Part shown: piece by piece, positions 1 through 12,687 of the stretch
Layout of the letters: each line of letters begins with the position of its first letter
How positions within the stretch are numbered: the first letter of the stretch is position 1
DNA from: Batkoa obscura
Taxonomy: Eukaryota
Length of the DNA: 64,000 nucleotides
NCBI GenBank assembly: GCA_030770535.1
Contig: JASVEC010000025.1
Location: 310,001-374,000 of the forward strand
Direction: 5' to 3'
Notes under the pieces: generated by a model
The model's database searches: none
What the model saw: only the letters and a program-made list of their open reading frames with translations
What the model was told of the DNA's origin: nothing
Program-made: the position numbers and the translations under genes

Positions 1-440
1 TTCAATGTTTGATACACAAATTTATTGCTGTTATTGTTGTTATTTAGTTCACTTAGTAAAAAAATTAATAATTGATTATTATTATTTAAATTGAATTAAA
101 TTAAATTAAATTAAATTAAATTAAATTAAATTAAATTAAATTATAAATACAGTATAACTTACCATTCCATCAATCCATTTTCAGTGAATTTATAATACCA
201 TGGTAAATTATCAAATTGAGTTGTTAATACTTTGATATTATAATCCAAATCTTTTTTTGATTTTTCAGATAGATTTAAATTTTCTATAATAGTAGTATAA
301 AACCTAGCTTCTGTTGTTAATACTAAACCTTGATATTCTTTTTCTAATACAAGATAACCACCAGTTAATAATACTTTTCCTGGACAACTAGCTGTGATTT
401 TAGTTGAATTAGATGTTGAGGTGTCCACAACGGATGTCAT
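1..440 (-). CDS. ERG8: Phosphomevalonate kinase, 5' part; gene runs off the left edge
   Basis: N-terminal GHMP-kinase motif SCPGKVLLTGGYLVLE...GLVL...ARF typical of fungal Erg8; GT donor at 162. Confidence 0.85.
96..142. repeat. (TTAAA)n microsatellite in the ERG8 intron
   Basis: About 9 tandem TTAAA units read directly. Confidence 0.9.
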
Positions 441-1060
441 CTTTTTTTAATATTGAAAAATAATCAATTTGAAATTAATAAAATAATTAAATTTTGAGAT
501 AAAACTCTGCAAGAATTTTCAATGTTCCTAAATGAAGTTCATTTGAAATTAATTGTTAAACCCTTTTGAATCCCATAGAAATTGCTAATCTATAAATAAA
601 TGGATTAATTTAAGCTTTATGTTAATATTTTAAGCCTTTGAAATGAAGACCAATGAGATCAACTTTTCTTGGCTATGTTATTAAAGCTTAAATTTAAATA
701 TAAATTGGGCATTTATTATTTCATATTTATAGAATTAAACTATTATGAAATCTGTGTTTTTAATTGTTTAAAATATAATTAAAAATGCCCAATTTTCATT
801 TCAATTCAATTTAATCAAATTTTAATTTTTTATTATTAATAGCACGTGGGGTATTAAATTGAAGATTCTTGAGATTTGAATATACAAATATTTTTTTTAA
901 AATCTGTTTTTTAACTTATTTTCAACTTAATTCTTTCTCCTAATATTTTACTTTTATTTTAGACACTGAAGAAAGATAACGAATAAATTTATTTATAATA
1001 GAATATATAATAATCAACTAATATAATACATTCATTAATTTAGAACAATTCTTTTCAACA

Positions 1061-2233
1061 ATGTCGAGTGAATCCATAGTGTTAGAAATCGAAACTGAAT
1101 ATTATAAAGAACATAAAATCGAAAAATCAATTTCTTGGTTCAATTTTCAACATTTTACTACTAAACTAACTCAACGCATACAACAAACTAAACTAATATT
1201 AACATTAAAATGGTTCAATTTTCAATTATTCTGTTTAATAATTGGTTGGTATCTATCCTCTTCATTAACTAATAATTTAGCTAAAGTATTATTAAATACA
1301 GTTGATTCCCCAATTGCTATTACTGTTATTCAATTCTTTTTAGTAGCAATGATTGGCTTTTTGTTTTTAATATTTAATAATGATAATAAAAAGAGACAAG
1401 AGGATTTATCGGAGGTTTATGATAAGAAAGATAAAGATAAAGATAATACAGTAAAGAACAGAATCATAAATCTATTTCAATATCATCCAAGTATATTAAA
1501 AATAGCTATATCATTGGCTTTGTTTCAAATCTTCACTCATTTATTTAATTCTATGGCATTGAATTTAATACCCGTTTCTCTGGTGTTTACATTTAAAGTA
1601 AGTTTTATTTCATATGTTAAAGATTTCATTAATTAATTGAATCTCTATTTTTAGGCTTTATCACCCATTTTTACAATTGTATTTAATATGTTATTATTTC
1701 AAAAACAATACCCAACATTAATATTTCTATCCTTAATACCAATTACATTAGGAGTATTATTGTTTTGTTTAGGAGAAATTGAATTTAAATTGAACGGTTT
1801 TTTATATTCAATTATATCTTCTTTGATTTATGTATTACAAACTATTTATACTAAACATAAAATAGAAAAAAAGAATGAGTTGTCCAATTTACAAATATTA
1901 TCTTATACTTCTTTATTTTCATTCTTATTTTTAACCCCTTATTGGCTCTTAATGGAATGGTCTTTGATATTGAATTTTCAATTGAATCTGAATTTTTGTG
2001 GCTTATTCTTGTTAAAAGCAACTTGTCAATTCTTTCAAGCTTATTTATCATTTTCAATTTTAAATTTAACTGATACATTATCATTTACTATTTTGAATTT
2101 ACTTAAACGTATGGTAGTCATTTTATTAGCTATGTTGACTTTCAATCAGCCTTTTACTTATCAACAATCTATTGCTTTATTATTGACCTTTTTTGGGCTT
2201 TATTTATATGATTTATCAAAAAAGAAGTGTTAA
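1061..2233 (+). CDS. Triose-phosphate/nucleotide-sugar transporter family protein (SLC35E/Sly41-like), 2 exons (intron ~1598-1654)
   Basis: WYLSSSLTNNLAK, IPVSLVFTFKALSPIF, LSLIPITLGVLL and TFSILNLLKR-like motifs of TPT/EamA proteins; multiple TM helices. Confidence 0.85.
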
Positions 2234-2370
2234 TTTAAGTCAATGAATGAGAGATATCATTTAGATTGAATTTAGTTTTCAATATAATAACAATAATAAA
2301 ATTAAAAAATAAAAATAAAATCTATCATTTTATATTTATATTTGTATATTTTATTTAATTAACATTACTA

Positions 2371-3274
2371 TTATAACTTTTGAGGTGGTAAAAAGATACC
2401 TAATTCTTTTCTTAACACAATTAAATCTCTGTCAAATAAATCTTCAAATGGTATATTTAATAAAAATTTAGAATTACTACCACATTGAATAGCCCAACTA
2501 ATCAATTCACTTTCAAAAAGCTGTTTTCTCTCTTTTGAACCTAAAATAATAGGTCCAATAGCAACAGATAATAAATTCATTGGTAATTTAAACTGAGCTA
2601 ATTCAAACCATTTTAAAGCTAATTCTTCTTCTACAGTAATACCCATATTACATAATGTATGTAAAAAATCATGGACTTGTCGATATCTTAACATGACATA
2701 AGCTAATTCAGGATCATCAACGTAATGAACCTAATTATTAATAATTATAATTAAAACTATATATCATCAATAAAAAAATAAGTGATATAAAAATCATAAT
2801 TAACAATTTATAAAATAACTCTCAAATATACTTACCTCCGTTCTAGTATCTGGGGACACTTGATTATCTTCTAAAAATCGAATATATTCTCTTCCAAAAG
2901 TACCTTCTGGTAATAACTTTAATCGTTCCAAATCTAAATTATTACTATTGATTTCTCTTTTTTCAAATAATAATTGACGGCCTATTTTATCATGGATCAT
3001 TTTATTTCTCATATATTGTAAACTTAATGTGCCTGTGGTTTCACCAAGTGCGGCAACAAGATCTAAATAAAGAGGGGGAAAGAGAGGGGTTAATGAGTTT
3101 GAATAATTTATAATGAAAGTGGATAGGGGTTAATTGAATGAAAGTTTTACCTTGTCTAGTAGGATCTTTTAATACTTGAAAACCAGCAGAAACAGCTAAT
3201 CTTAATTTTTCAAATGGATTCAAAGGTTGATGTCCTGGATATAATATTTGTTTGATTAATCGTGTTGGTTGCAT
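2371..3274 (-). CDS. COQ4: Ubiquinone biosynthesis protein Coq4, 3 exons (introns ~3063-3150 and ~2731-2835)
   Basis: YPGH, DPTRQ..AALGETTG, LPEGTFGREY and RYRQVHDFLH...EELALKWFE (HDxxH..E) motifs. Confidence 0.93.
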
Positions 3275-3958
3275 TGGTTATTAAAAGTAGGAAAAGATGA
3301 AAAAAGTTTCATAATTGAAATATTTGAATTTCCTAAAAATAACGTAATAAATTCAATTTGCTCAAACATCAGAACCAATCATCTAATATTTAACCTTAAA
3401 AATGAATTACGTTTTCAATCCAGCTTAACCGTCAAAGCCCACTGGTCTATTCTCCCCTAGAAAGTTAAAACTGAAAATGCTTCAATTTATCCATTATTTT
3501 TTATTATAAACCTAATGCACTCAACAGTATATATTAAATAATCAATATGTATTTAAGGTTGGTTCTATATTTGATAATTGCTATTTTTTTTAATAGACAG
3601 AAATTTCTTTAAATATTTTTTTTGTGGGACTTAAACCTATAGATTTTGATTATCTTTTTTTGCAGCTACTTAATAAAGCCAAAATAAAAATCAATTGCTT
3701 TTTGTGGCATAGTTTTTCAAATGGTTAATTTATTATTTCAAAATAACATTATCATTTTAATAACTAAATAATAAAATAAAATTAATATATAAATAAAAAT
3801 TATTTATAATAACAAATTATTATTTGTATAGAGATGTTCAAATTGGTTTCAGGATTTAATTAAAAATGAATCCAAATTTTAAATTTTTAAATTTGTAAGT
3901 CTTTAATATATAATTAGCTAAATTTAAAAAGTTTAAAATTAAATAAAAAATTTAATTT

Positions 3959-4057
3959 GGGGATGTGTTTTTATGTTTAAGGATTTTACTAACAATTTTT
4001 CCGCTCAAATAGCGCCTAAAAGATGGAAAAAGTAATGAAGCCAAGAAAAACACCCCC
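3959..4057 (+). mobile_element. 99-bp mini-MITE family A, copy 1
   Basis: GGGGATGTG...AAACACCCCC; near-identical to 10 other copies in the window. Confidence 0.85.
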
Positions 4058-4353
4058 AAATAATGCTTAATAACATGATTTTTATAATTTTTAAATTATT
4101 TTGTTAAGTTAATTTTTTATTATAAAATCATAGCATTAGTTAATTATTTATTAGTATTTTTTTTATTTTACTTTATTTTTTTAAAATTATATAAATAATG
4201 CTATTTTTTAATTTAATTTAGCTTCTTTTTATTTAACCTTTTTTAATATTTATATAAATTACATTATTAATATTTTTAATAAAAGCAGTAATTTTTATTA
4301 TAATGATTTTATCAATTATTTATTAACAAGAGCTAAATATAAATTGTATATAT

Positions 4354-4452
4354 GGGGGTGTTTTTTTTGACTTCATTACTTTTTCCATCTTCTAAGCACT
4401 ATTTGAGCGGAAAAATTGTTAGTAAAATCCTTAAACACAAAAATATATCCCC
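4354..4452 (-). mobile_element. 99-bp mini-MITE family A, copy 2 (inverted)
   Basis: Reverse complement of copy 1; ATAT on both sides. Confidence 0.85.
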
Positions 4453-4809
4453 ATATATAAAATTTTAAATTTAATAAAAGAAATATAAAGGTTTTTTAAT
4501 TAGTTTTATATAATTGTTATAAAATAATAAATAATAATTTAAAACAATATTAAATTTTGTTCTAAAATTTAAATAAATGCTTTAATTTATATTAAAACCT
4601 TTATGATTTTTTTTTTATAAGTTTTATAATTTAAATTTTTAATCAATTATTACTATTAATTTTCATTTCCTTTATTTATAAACTTTTTTTAGCGTTTTTA
4701 TATTAAAATCAACTAAATAACTTTAATTTTAACTTTTTATTCTTTAAGTAAAATTTATAAAAATCATAAATTTATTTTAATTTCTATTATATTTTTTATA
4801 AAAATATAT

Positions 4810-4907
4810 GGGAATGTATTTTTGTGTTTAATAATTTTACTAACAATCTTTCCACTCAAACAGCGCTTAAAAAATGAAAAAAGTAATGAAGCCAAAAAAA
4901 CACCCCC
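4810..4907 (+). mobile_element. Mini-MITE family A, copy 3
   Basis: Same sequence; ATAT on both sides. Confidence 0.85.
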
Positions 4908-5741
4908 ATATGATAATAAATTAATTAATTTTTGATCTTAGTTAGTCTAAACTCTATATTCATGAGTATATAGCTTCTTTATTATACTTTAATTGGTTTG
5001 GGTAAGTTTAAAAGCTTACTTTGAATTAAAAATAAAAATTACTAATTTTACTTTTTGTTCATTTCCTATTTAGCGCATTTTTTTAAAAATTATTAAGTAA
5101 AAGTGGACAAAAAAAACATCACAGTATGAATTATTTTAAAATTAAGCAAAAGGCAAATATTTTTATAGCATTTGGTGTTTAGTTTGTAATTTTTGTTAAA
5201 TCAGATTTGGACGAAATTTGAACCAAGCTTTTAAACTAACCCATTTATGAAAGTTGAAAAAATAAAATATTTAAACAACTTTGAACTAAAATAGATGTTT
5301 AATATACTTTTTTTGTAGTAAATTTAAATCGGAAAAAGCTGAGCTTTGGAGTTGATTTAATCCATCTTAAAAGCTTTTACAATTTGGTTCAACGACCAAA
5401 TAAAATAACCTATTTTATAATAGTATTCAAATTAACTTTAATGTTATGTTATTGTATTAAATCTACTTTCTACAACTTAACTATCCTTTTTATGTGAAAG
5501 TAATATTATAACCTATTTTGCAATCAAATGAACATTTTAAAAAAAAATTGAGATCAATTAAATAAAAAATAAGAAACATTAGTGAAAAAATTAATTAGTA
5601 TTTCTTATTTTATTAATATCCTTCAAAAATTTGAGCCATTTAGTCTATATAACAAATAAAAATTAAGTGTTTTTGGATCTGACTTTGAAATAGTATAAAT
5701 AAACTCACTTTCTTTAAAATCGTAATTTTTTTGTAATTAAA

Positions 5742-6896
5742 ATGTTTTCAATTATAAACGTAATTTTACTGAGTTTAACTTTTTGCACTAGTTTTTATAG
5801 CCCTCAAAACATTAACATTGTTGAAAGTACCAATATAAACTTATTAACTAAGAAAATATATAAATGCCCCAGTTTAATTGACAAAGAGCCTGAGATCACA
5901 TAATTGGGATGTGGATTATTTGGAGACTTATCATCATTAAAAAAAAGTATACCAAGTAAAGAATTAGCTAAACCATGGAATGTGACATCTGTATATATTG
6001 AAAGCCTTCGTTTAAATTACAAATATATGAGGCTTTCTATTTGTTCTGAAGATTTAGTCCATAGCGGTGATTGTATCTGTTCTAAGACTTTTTTATACGA
6101 TTCTCTTATCCAAGAGGAGGAAAAAGATCTTTATATAGTAACTAAAGTTGATACAGCTATTAAAACTGTTTTGATTTCATATGAGGATGTTTTTTTTTGG
6201 TTTTATCATTTATTCCATTTTTTAAGCGCTATTGAGCGGAAAGATTATTAGTAAAATCCTTAAACAAAAAAATACATCCCCATATCGTGGAGCTGAAAAC
6301 TCAAAAAATAACAAAATTCATCTTGGTTGTAAACTTATTCATTGTCATAGTGCCAAAGAGAACGTTTTAGTTCATGGAGGTTATTATAAAGCAAAAATTG
6401 CGTTGAAAAAACAATCTGAAGCATCAATCCTTTCTTTACTTAGAAACCCAAAGTATAGAAATTTCAAATTTCAAATTTCAAATTTCAAATCACTGGGCTT
6501 ACTTTAGGCGCTGCTTTAGCCACCGTCAATTCCTTAAGATGAAAAAGGCTTTTACAAGAAAATAATTTAAACAATAAAATGGTGGTATTTGCCTATGCAA
6601 GTCCAAGAGTAAGTAATGAAGGTTTTACTCAACACACTGCAGACGCCAACTATTCAGTTATTCGATATACTAATAATAATGACATCTTTACTCATCTTGT
6701 ATCAAGGAGTTTTGGCTATGTTCATGTAGCAGCTGAAATTTATGAACGTGAAGTATTGTCAGGAAAAACTGAATTGTTTTACTGTGATCAAAATTATGAT
6801 GAAGACCCTAATTATGGTCAAAGTCAATTAGGTCCTTATAGCGAAGCTCCCTATCCGCTTGTATTTGACAAGCCTTTAGGACTACTTTTTTGTTAA
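5742..6896 (+). pseudogene. Secreted class 3 lipase pseudogene 1
   Basis: Signal-like N-terminus from ATG 5742; in-frame TAA 5901; MITE inserted in ISY|RG; VHGGYY; (AAATTTC)x4 frameshift; degenerate nucleophile elbow; TGA 6540; YASPRVSN, RYTNNNDIFTHL and GYVHVAAE motifs. Confidence 0.85.
6183..6281 (-). mobile_element. Mini-MITE family A, copy 4, inserted in lipase pseudogene 1
   Basis: ATAT at 6179-6182 and 6282-6285; removal restores ISYRG. Confidence 0.9.
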
Positions 6897-7548
6897 GTGT
6901 GGTAAAAATCATTAATATAATTAAGTTTTTATTTTTATTTTATGCATTTATGATATATTTTTATTAATATTATGACTATATAATATAAAAGATTTTTAGT
7001 CTAAACGCTTCAAGTATGATTTATAGTCTATATTATAACCATAATAAAAAGCTTTTAATCAAAGCAATTCACTTATATTGTAACAAGATCATTGTATAGA
7101 ACTAAAAATTAATAATAATATCTTTGTTGGTTATTTTGATTGAATATAAATACAAATTAGAGTGACTAAATGTGGCAGCTATTAAATACCGTAGTAATAC
7201 CATATTAAATAATACATATCTTTGACAGAATTTTTTAGCTGCTTTTAAAAAACAAACTTTTCTATATCTTTGTAATTTCAAAACTTATTTAAAAGTTGCT
7301 TGTTGAAATTCAAATTTGAAATTTTTTTTATAAAACATGTTGCAAAATTTATGCAGTGTACACGAGATTTTAAGATAGAAAGTGATTTACAACCTAAAAG
7401 ATGTAAGATTGACTCAAGGTTATACAGCTAAACGTATAAAGAAAAGGATTTACAAATTTAAAAATATTGACTACTTCAGATAAACAAACAAGGAAATGAA
7501 TTGTAACCTAGAGGAAGATTAGTGTTAATCTAAATTTATAATGTCAAA

Positions 7549-8688
7549 ATGGTCTCAGTTAAGTACATAACATTCTTAGCTTTAGCTTTCAACACTAATG
7601 TTTATGGATCCCGAGGCTCTACTATTATCAAAAGTGCCTATAAAAACTTATCAACTAAAAAGAATGGGCTATATGGCGATGTATTTTTTTGTTTAAGAAT
7701 TTTACTAACAATCTTTCCGCTGAAATAACGCTTAAAAAATGGAAAAAATAATGAAGCCAGAAAAAACACCCTCATATTTTGCTTTATTCAATAAAAAGTC
7801 AATATTTAAACATCAGGGATATGGGTTGTTTAGAGATTTACGATCCTTAGAAAAAAGCGTACCAAGTAAAAAATCATCTAAGCCACGTAATGTTACTTCT
7901 TCTACAGCTAAAGGTTTGTTTTTGCATCATGAATATTCCGTACTTCCTTTTTGTTCTGAAATTTTAGTTCGTAGAGGAGGCTGTATCTGCTCCAAGACTT
8001 CCTTATACAGTTCATTTATCAGAGACAAAAGAAAAAATCTTTGTGCAGTAACTGGGGTTGATACAGCTGTTAAAACTGTATTAATTTCTTACCGCGGTAC
8101 CATCAGCTTAAAAAATATGATAACCGATTTTGACTGCGAACTTATTCAATATGCTGTTGCTAAAGAAAATGTTTTAGTGCATAAAGGGATATATGAAGCT
8201 ACAACTGCATTACAGTATAAATCTGAAAAAATTATCTATTCTTTGCTTACAAACCCAAAATATAAAGGTTACAAGTTTTTAATCACTGGGTATTCTTTGG
8301 GTCCTGCTATGGCCACCATTAGTTCTTTAAGATGAACAGATTTTTTAAAAGAAAACAAATTGAATAACCAAATGGAATTGGTTGCTTATTCAAGCCCAAG
8401 AGTAAAAAATGAAGGATTTACTGAATACATTGAAGATGTTAAATATTCAGTGACTCGTTATACCAATATGAATGACATTATGCCTCATGTCCCATCAAGA
8501 AACTATAATTAGGTTCACACGGGAGCTGAAATTTATAAACGTGAGGTATTACTTGTAAATAGGAATTTACATATTGTTATCGACCTTGTGATGAAGATCC
8601 TAATTATGGACAAACACAACTTAGTCTTTATAGTGTTACTCGTCATATACTTGTACTTAATAAGCTTTTATTAACACTTTATTGTTAA
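7549..8688 (+). pseudogene. Secreted class 3 lipase pseudogene 2 (tandem paralog)
   Basis: ATG 7549 with signal-like N-terminus; ISYRGT, VHKGIY, ITGYSLG (GxSxG), YSSPRV and DIMPHVP motifs; MITE insertion, TGA 8333, TAG ~8510 and a late frameshift. Confidence 0.85.
7675..7773 (+). mobile_element. Mini-MITE family A, copy 5, inserted in lipase pseudogene 2
   Basis: ATAT at 7671-7674 and 7774-7777; removal restores the frame NGLY|FALF. Confidence 0.9.
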
Positions 8689-9886
8689 TTTTCAATAAAA
8701 TAATCAAAAAAGTAATTTTACATTTTAATTTATAGAGGGCTTCTGTCTGTTATCATTGATAATGCCATTATTGCAATGAATTTTTTATCTATACAATGGT
8801 TTTTTATCTGATATTGTTTAATATTATTTAAAATAACTATGATTCATATCTTCCAAATAGAACACAGTAACCGGTACTACAGTCATATAAGAAACTATTA
8901 ATCAAAGTGGTGTATTGACATTGTAACAAGATCATTGATTAAAAATATTAGTGGCAATGGCAGTAATATCTAAATTGATTAGTTACCTAGCTATTAAGAA
9001 ATTTACTGAAGTAGATTAGATGTAGTTCTTAATAGATAGGACAGTAATATCCTATTAGTTGAAGTATACAATATAAATGGAATTGTATTTTTTGTAGCGA
9101 CTAATTTTGTTTTTAATAATAAATATTAAAAAAGATTTATGTTTTGTCTTTAAAAAACACTGTGGGCTTCTTAATGATCAGAAATAATAGTATTCATACC
9201 ATCAATAATTATGAAAGCTCTATGTTTTTGTATGAGCTCTCTTTGATACACTTTTTTCTATCCAGTGTTTGATTATTTTATGATTTTTTCTTTTGCTTTT
9301 TATAAAAATAAGGCACTGTATGATATTAAAGTTTAGTCACTTTTTTGTCAAAATATAGCGAAAGGTTAGCAAGGAGAATGCAATTAATCTTCGAGATGGT
9401 TGATTTACTTTATGTAACAATAACCATTTTGAAAACAATAAGAATTATAGTAGAAACTTTTATAAACTTTCATGAAAAATGTCCGCTACACTTAACGTTT
9501 TATAAAAATCAACTAATAGTTTAGGTATTTATTACTGTCGACTTTTGCTCGTTAATACATTGGATCATTATATACCCCACATAAATTATACTAAATGGAT
9601 TGGGTTATGTATAAACTTTCAATTGAGGATTCCATAAAGCTTGCCTATTATATTGAAGTGAGTGATTTAGTCTATAATGCTTATACTCTCTTTTTAAAAA
9701 ATTAAGATCGAAATTAGTAAAGTTTTAAAGTATCTATACTCGATTTTTTTAATTTGTAACAGATATCTATCAAATGAAATTTTAAATATTTTGACCAATA
9801 ATCTTTAAGTGTTTTCTTTTCAACTTAATCAAAAATGATCCCAACTCAACAAAAAAATACAATACAAAAATAAATTTTTAAATTTT

Positions 9887-10384
9887 TTATAAAGAGGCTA
9901 AACCAATAGAGGATAAAAGAGAAGCTCCAAAAACAAAATAACTTGAATTTGCAACTGCCTTAACAGTAAGACCAGAAGCGGCATCCCAAACTAAATGACG
10001 AGCTCCATTAAAAGAATGAAGCATGAACGGGAAAGCGATGATAAACTTGGCACCAGTTTTAACTGGCTCTGGTACAACTTGTAAATATTCTAAAGCTACA
10101 TCTGAAGTTAAACCTAAAATTGGATAAGCGAGGACGATAGCATAAAACCCTAAGCCTAAGCCTACACCACCAATACGATGACCCATTGAAGCTGTCATAT
10201 TAGATTGGTATAAGTTGTAGGCATAAAATGGGGAACGTGGTCGGCTGTTTTTTACCTTTCGGATGTTTTCTAAGACTGTATTATTGGTTGTGTTGCTAGT
10301 GTATTTACTTAATTGGTTTAAGATCGTGGCTCCACGTGGCTTAGTAACCCCGTTTAATATAATTTTCTTGGTTAATGCGTTCAT
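9887..10384 (-). CDS. SDH3: Succinate dehydrogenase cytochrome b560 subunit
   Basis: RPRSP...Y, SMGHRIGG and HSFNGARHLVWD motifs; mitochondrial presequence-like N-terminus. Confidence 0.93.
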   Translation of the reverse strand: MNALTKKIILNGVTKPRGATILNQLSKYTSNTTNNTVLENIRKVKNSRPRSPFYAYNLYQSNMTASMGHRIGGVGLGLGFYAIVLAYPILGLTSDVALEYLQVVPEPVKTGAKFIIAFPFMLHSFNGARHLVWDAASGLTVKAVANSSYFVFGASLLSSIGLASL

Positions 10385-10569
10385 TTTAAAATAAAAAGCT
10401 AATGGAGTGTAAATTCAAAAATTGAATTTTAGAGTGATTTATTGGCGATTGGTTCATTTTTAGACTTTATTGTTTAAATATGTTTAAGTTCAAATATGTA
10501 ATTTTTCGCATCAAAACTTCGTTAATTGTTTATTTAGTAGATTTTTTTAGACTAATCCTTGATCTATAT

Positions 10570-10661
10570 GATGTATTTTATTTAAAAATTTTGCTAATGA
10601 TTTTTCCACTCAAATAGCGCTTAAAAAATGGAAAAGTAATGAAGCAAAAAAAAACAACCTC
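10570..10661 (+). mobile_element. Mini-MITE family A, copy 6 (left end eroded)
   Basis: Core TTTTCCACTCAAATAGCGCTTAAAAAATGGAAAAGTAATGAAGC; ATAT flanks. Confidence 0.8.
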
Positions 10662-11147
10662 ATATTCGAATTTATGCCTAAGAATTTGCTCTTAAACGAA
10701 TAGTTAGTTACTACACATTCGAGTTTAAATAGTTTTACATTAATTTTATACTTTGGACAATTTTAAATAAATTTTATCTGTATATTTTATAGAACAAGTT
10801 ATCTTTATTTTTCCTGAAACTTTAAGATTCGTATAATTCATCGTTTGGAGGTAACACGTTATATCATATTAAAGCTTTTTAGATTTGATATTTAGAACTA
10901 TGCAAATAAAGCAGTGAATATACCTTATGAATTAAATGAAAACTATAAATATTATGTATGGCTAACAATAAATGATAAATAGGTTAAAGCTCAAAAAAAT
11001 ATAACACTATTGTTAAAACTAAATGAAAATAACATACAAGACAATTCAACTTAAAGCCATAATTGGATTACAATCTGGTTAACTGTTATAATACTTAAAA
11101 AATCATAAATCAGTAAATCACAGTATTAAACAAAAACTCATAGTAAA

Positions 11148-12041
11148 TTAGTTAAAAATTTTATTATACCACATCCTTGCTCTAATTTTGAGCTCATGGT
11201 TAATTGCGGTATGGGTAGCAAGTACCAAAATAGAGTTTAAGAAGAAGCCAAAAGTCATTAAAGTGGTAGCAATAGTACCAAAGATAAATTGTAAGTTTTC
11301 ATTAGACTCTAGAAGATGAAATATTGTATCAACAACGATCGAAACAAGGCCTAAAAACATACAAATGGAATAAAGGGATAATGTATAATAAATTCTTAAG
11401 GAGGCTCTCTTTTTGTTATTCTTGGTAGTATCAAGATTGCACTCTGTAATATTTAAATCTATAAATTGCGATAAATTGGTCAGGTAAAAAGCTATCTTTA
11501 TATAACTTAGTATGATAATTATTAAACTCATGAGTGAAATAATGATAAAATGATAGAAAGCAATAGTTGAAACAATTGAAGTTCTAGGATAGATGGAACA
11601 AACAAGCTTTGCAGCTTGAGCTTTAAATTCAGTATTGACAGCTAAATAGATTGACAAGCATGTATGAAATAGTAATGATAAGACCCCAGGAAAAATGGTA
11701 TATTTAATAATGTTAATTTTAGTTACAACCTTTAATCTTTCCATCGCCAAAAAAGCAGAAACAATAAACTGGGAAAAGATCAATAAGATTGTAAAAAATC
11801 CTAAATATTGGCATAGAACAGGACTATTAATTGCATCGTCATTAGTTATTATAGTTGGTATTATATCTGACATGGATACTAATGGAAACATCAGCTCTAT
11901 AGATGCTATTAATATTATCAATTTTAGATCCCTCGTGTATGATCGTAGTTTAACTACTATATATATTAACAGTATACTAGCTATAGCTGATATTGCTCCT
12001 ATACAATTTAGTAAATACCCAACAGGGTTTTCATTTATCAT
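11148..12041 (-). CDS. Intronless 7TM receptor with class A (rhodopsin-like) GPCR hallmarks
   Basis: Seven hydrophobic segments; TM3 Cys (CQYLGF), LAMERL (D/ERY-like), ECL2 Cys (LVCSI); likely ATG at 12041. Confidence 0.7.
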   Translation of the reverse strand: MINENPVGYLLNCIGAISAIASILLIYIVVKLRSYTRDLKLIILIASIELMFPLVSMSDIIPTIITNDDAINSPVLCQYLGFFTILLIFSQFIVSAFLAMERLKVVTKINIIKYTIFPGVLSLLFHTCLSIYLAVNTEFKAQAAKLVCSIYPRTSIVSTIAFYHFIIISLMSLIIIILSYIKIAFYLTNLSQFIDLNITECNLDTTKNNKKRASLRIYYTLSLYSICMFLGLVSIVVDTIFHLLESNENLQFIFGTIATTLMTFGFFLNSILVLATHTAINHELKIRARMWYNKIFN

Positions 12042-12687
12042 ACTATAAAAACAAAACAAAAACAAAAAACAAAAAATAAAAAACGAAAAAAGTGATGATA
12101 AAAATAAAAACGTGGTGTTTATATTAATAATATTACTTTTATAATAAATAACTTAATTAGAAATTACAATTTTTATTTGATATTGAAAATTCTTGTTTTC
12201 GATTAGTTCAATCACAAATGTTTCTTTATGACGAAATCATACAGGTTTACCATTTATATATTTTTGACCATAAAAAGCAGAAGTTACTAATCATTACCTA
12301 AGGCTATACAAACCTATTCGAACTACTATTTAATTGCTAAAAACAAATGGATGTTTATGACCTGAAATATACCAATATACACACAATGGCTTTATCCTTA
12401 TTTTTCAAATTTTTTGAAAATTTATTTTATGTTGTTACCGCATTTAGACTAATTTTCAATATATTAATTTTTGATCATTTTTTACCATTGTTAGCTTTAC
12501 TTGCATAGGAATCATTGGTTCAAATAGTAGACAGAATTTGAACCCAAAATAATACTATATTCAAATATTACATTACATGAATAATATTATACTTCTGTAT
12601 TCAATAAAATAAAAAAAAGATAAATCAATAAGTGATAGAACAACAAAGTATAAGTATCAAAAACTAAAAAATAATACAGTTTAATTT

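Noticed and set aside
6540..8335. Selenocysteine or a genome-wide UGA=Trp code explaining the in-frame TGAs
   Set aside because: Intact genes here end in TGA (e.g. 22460, 26223) and use TGG for Trp; the affected loci carry other lesions; no SECIS evident
9150..9700. Possible decayed coding sequence
   Set aside because: Only short interrupted frames; no family recognisable
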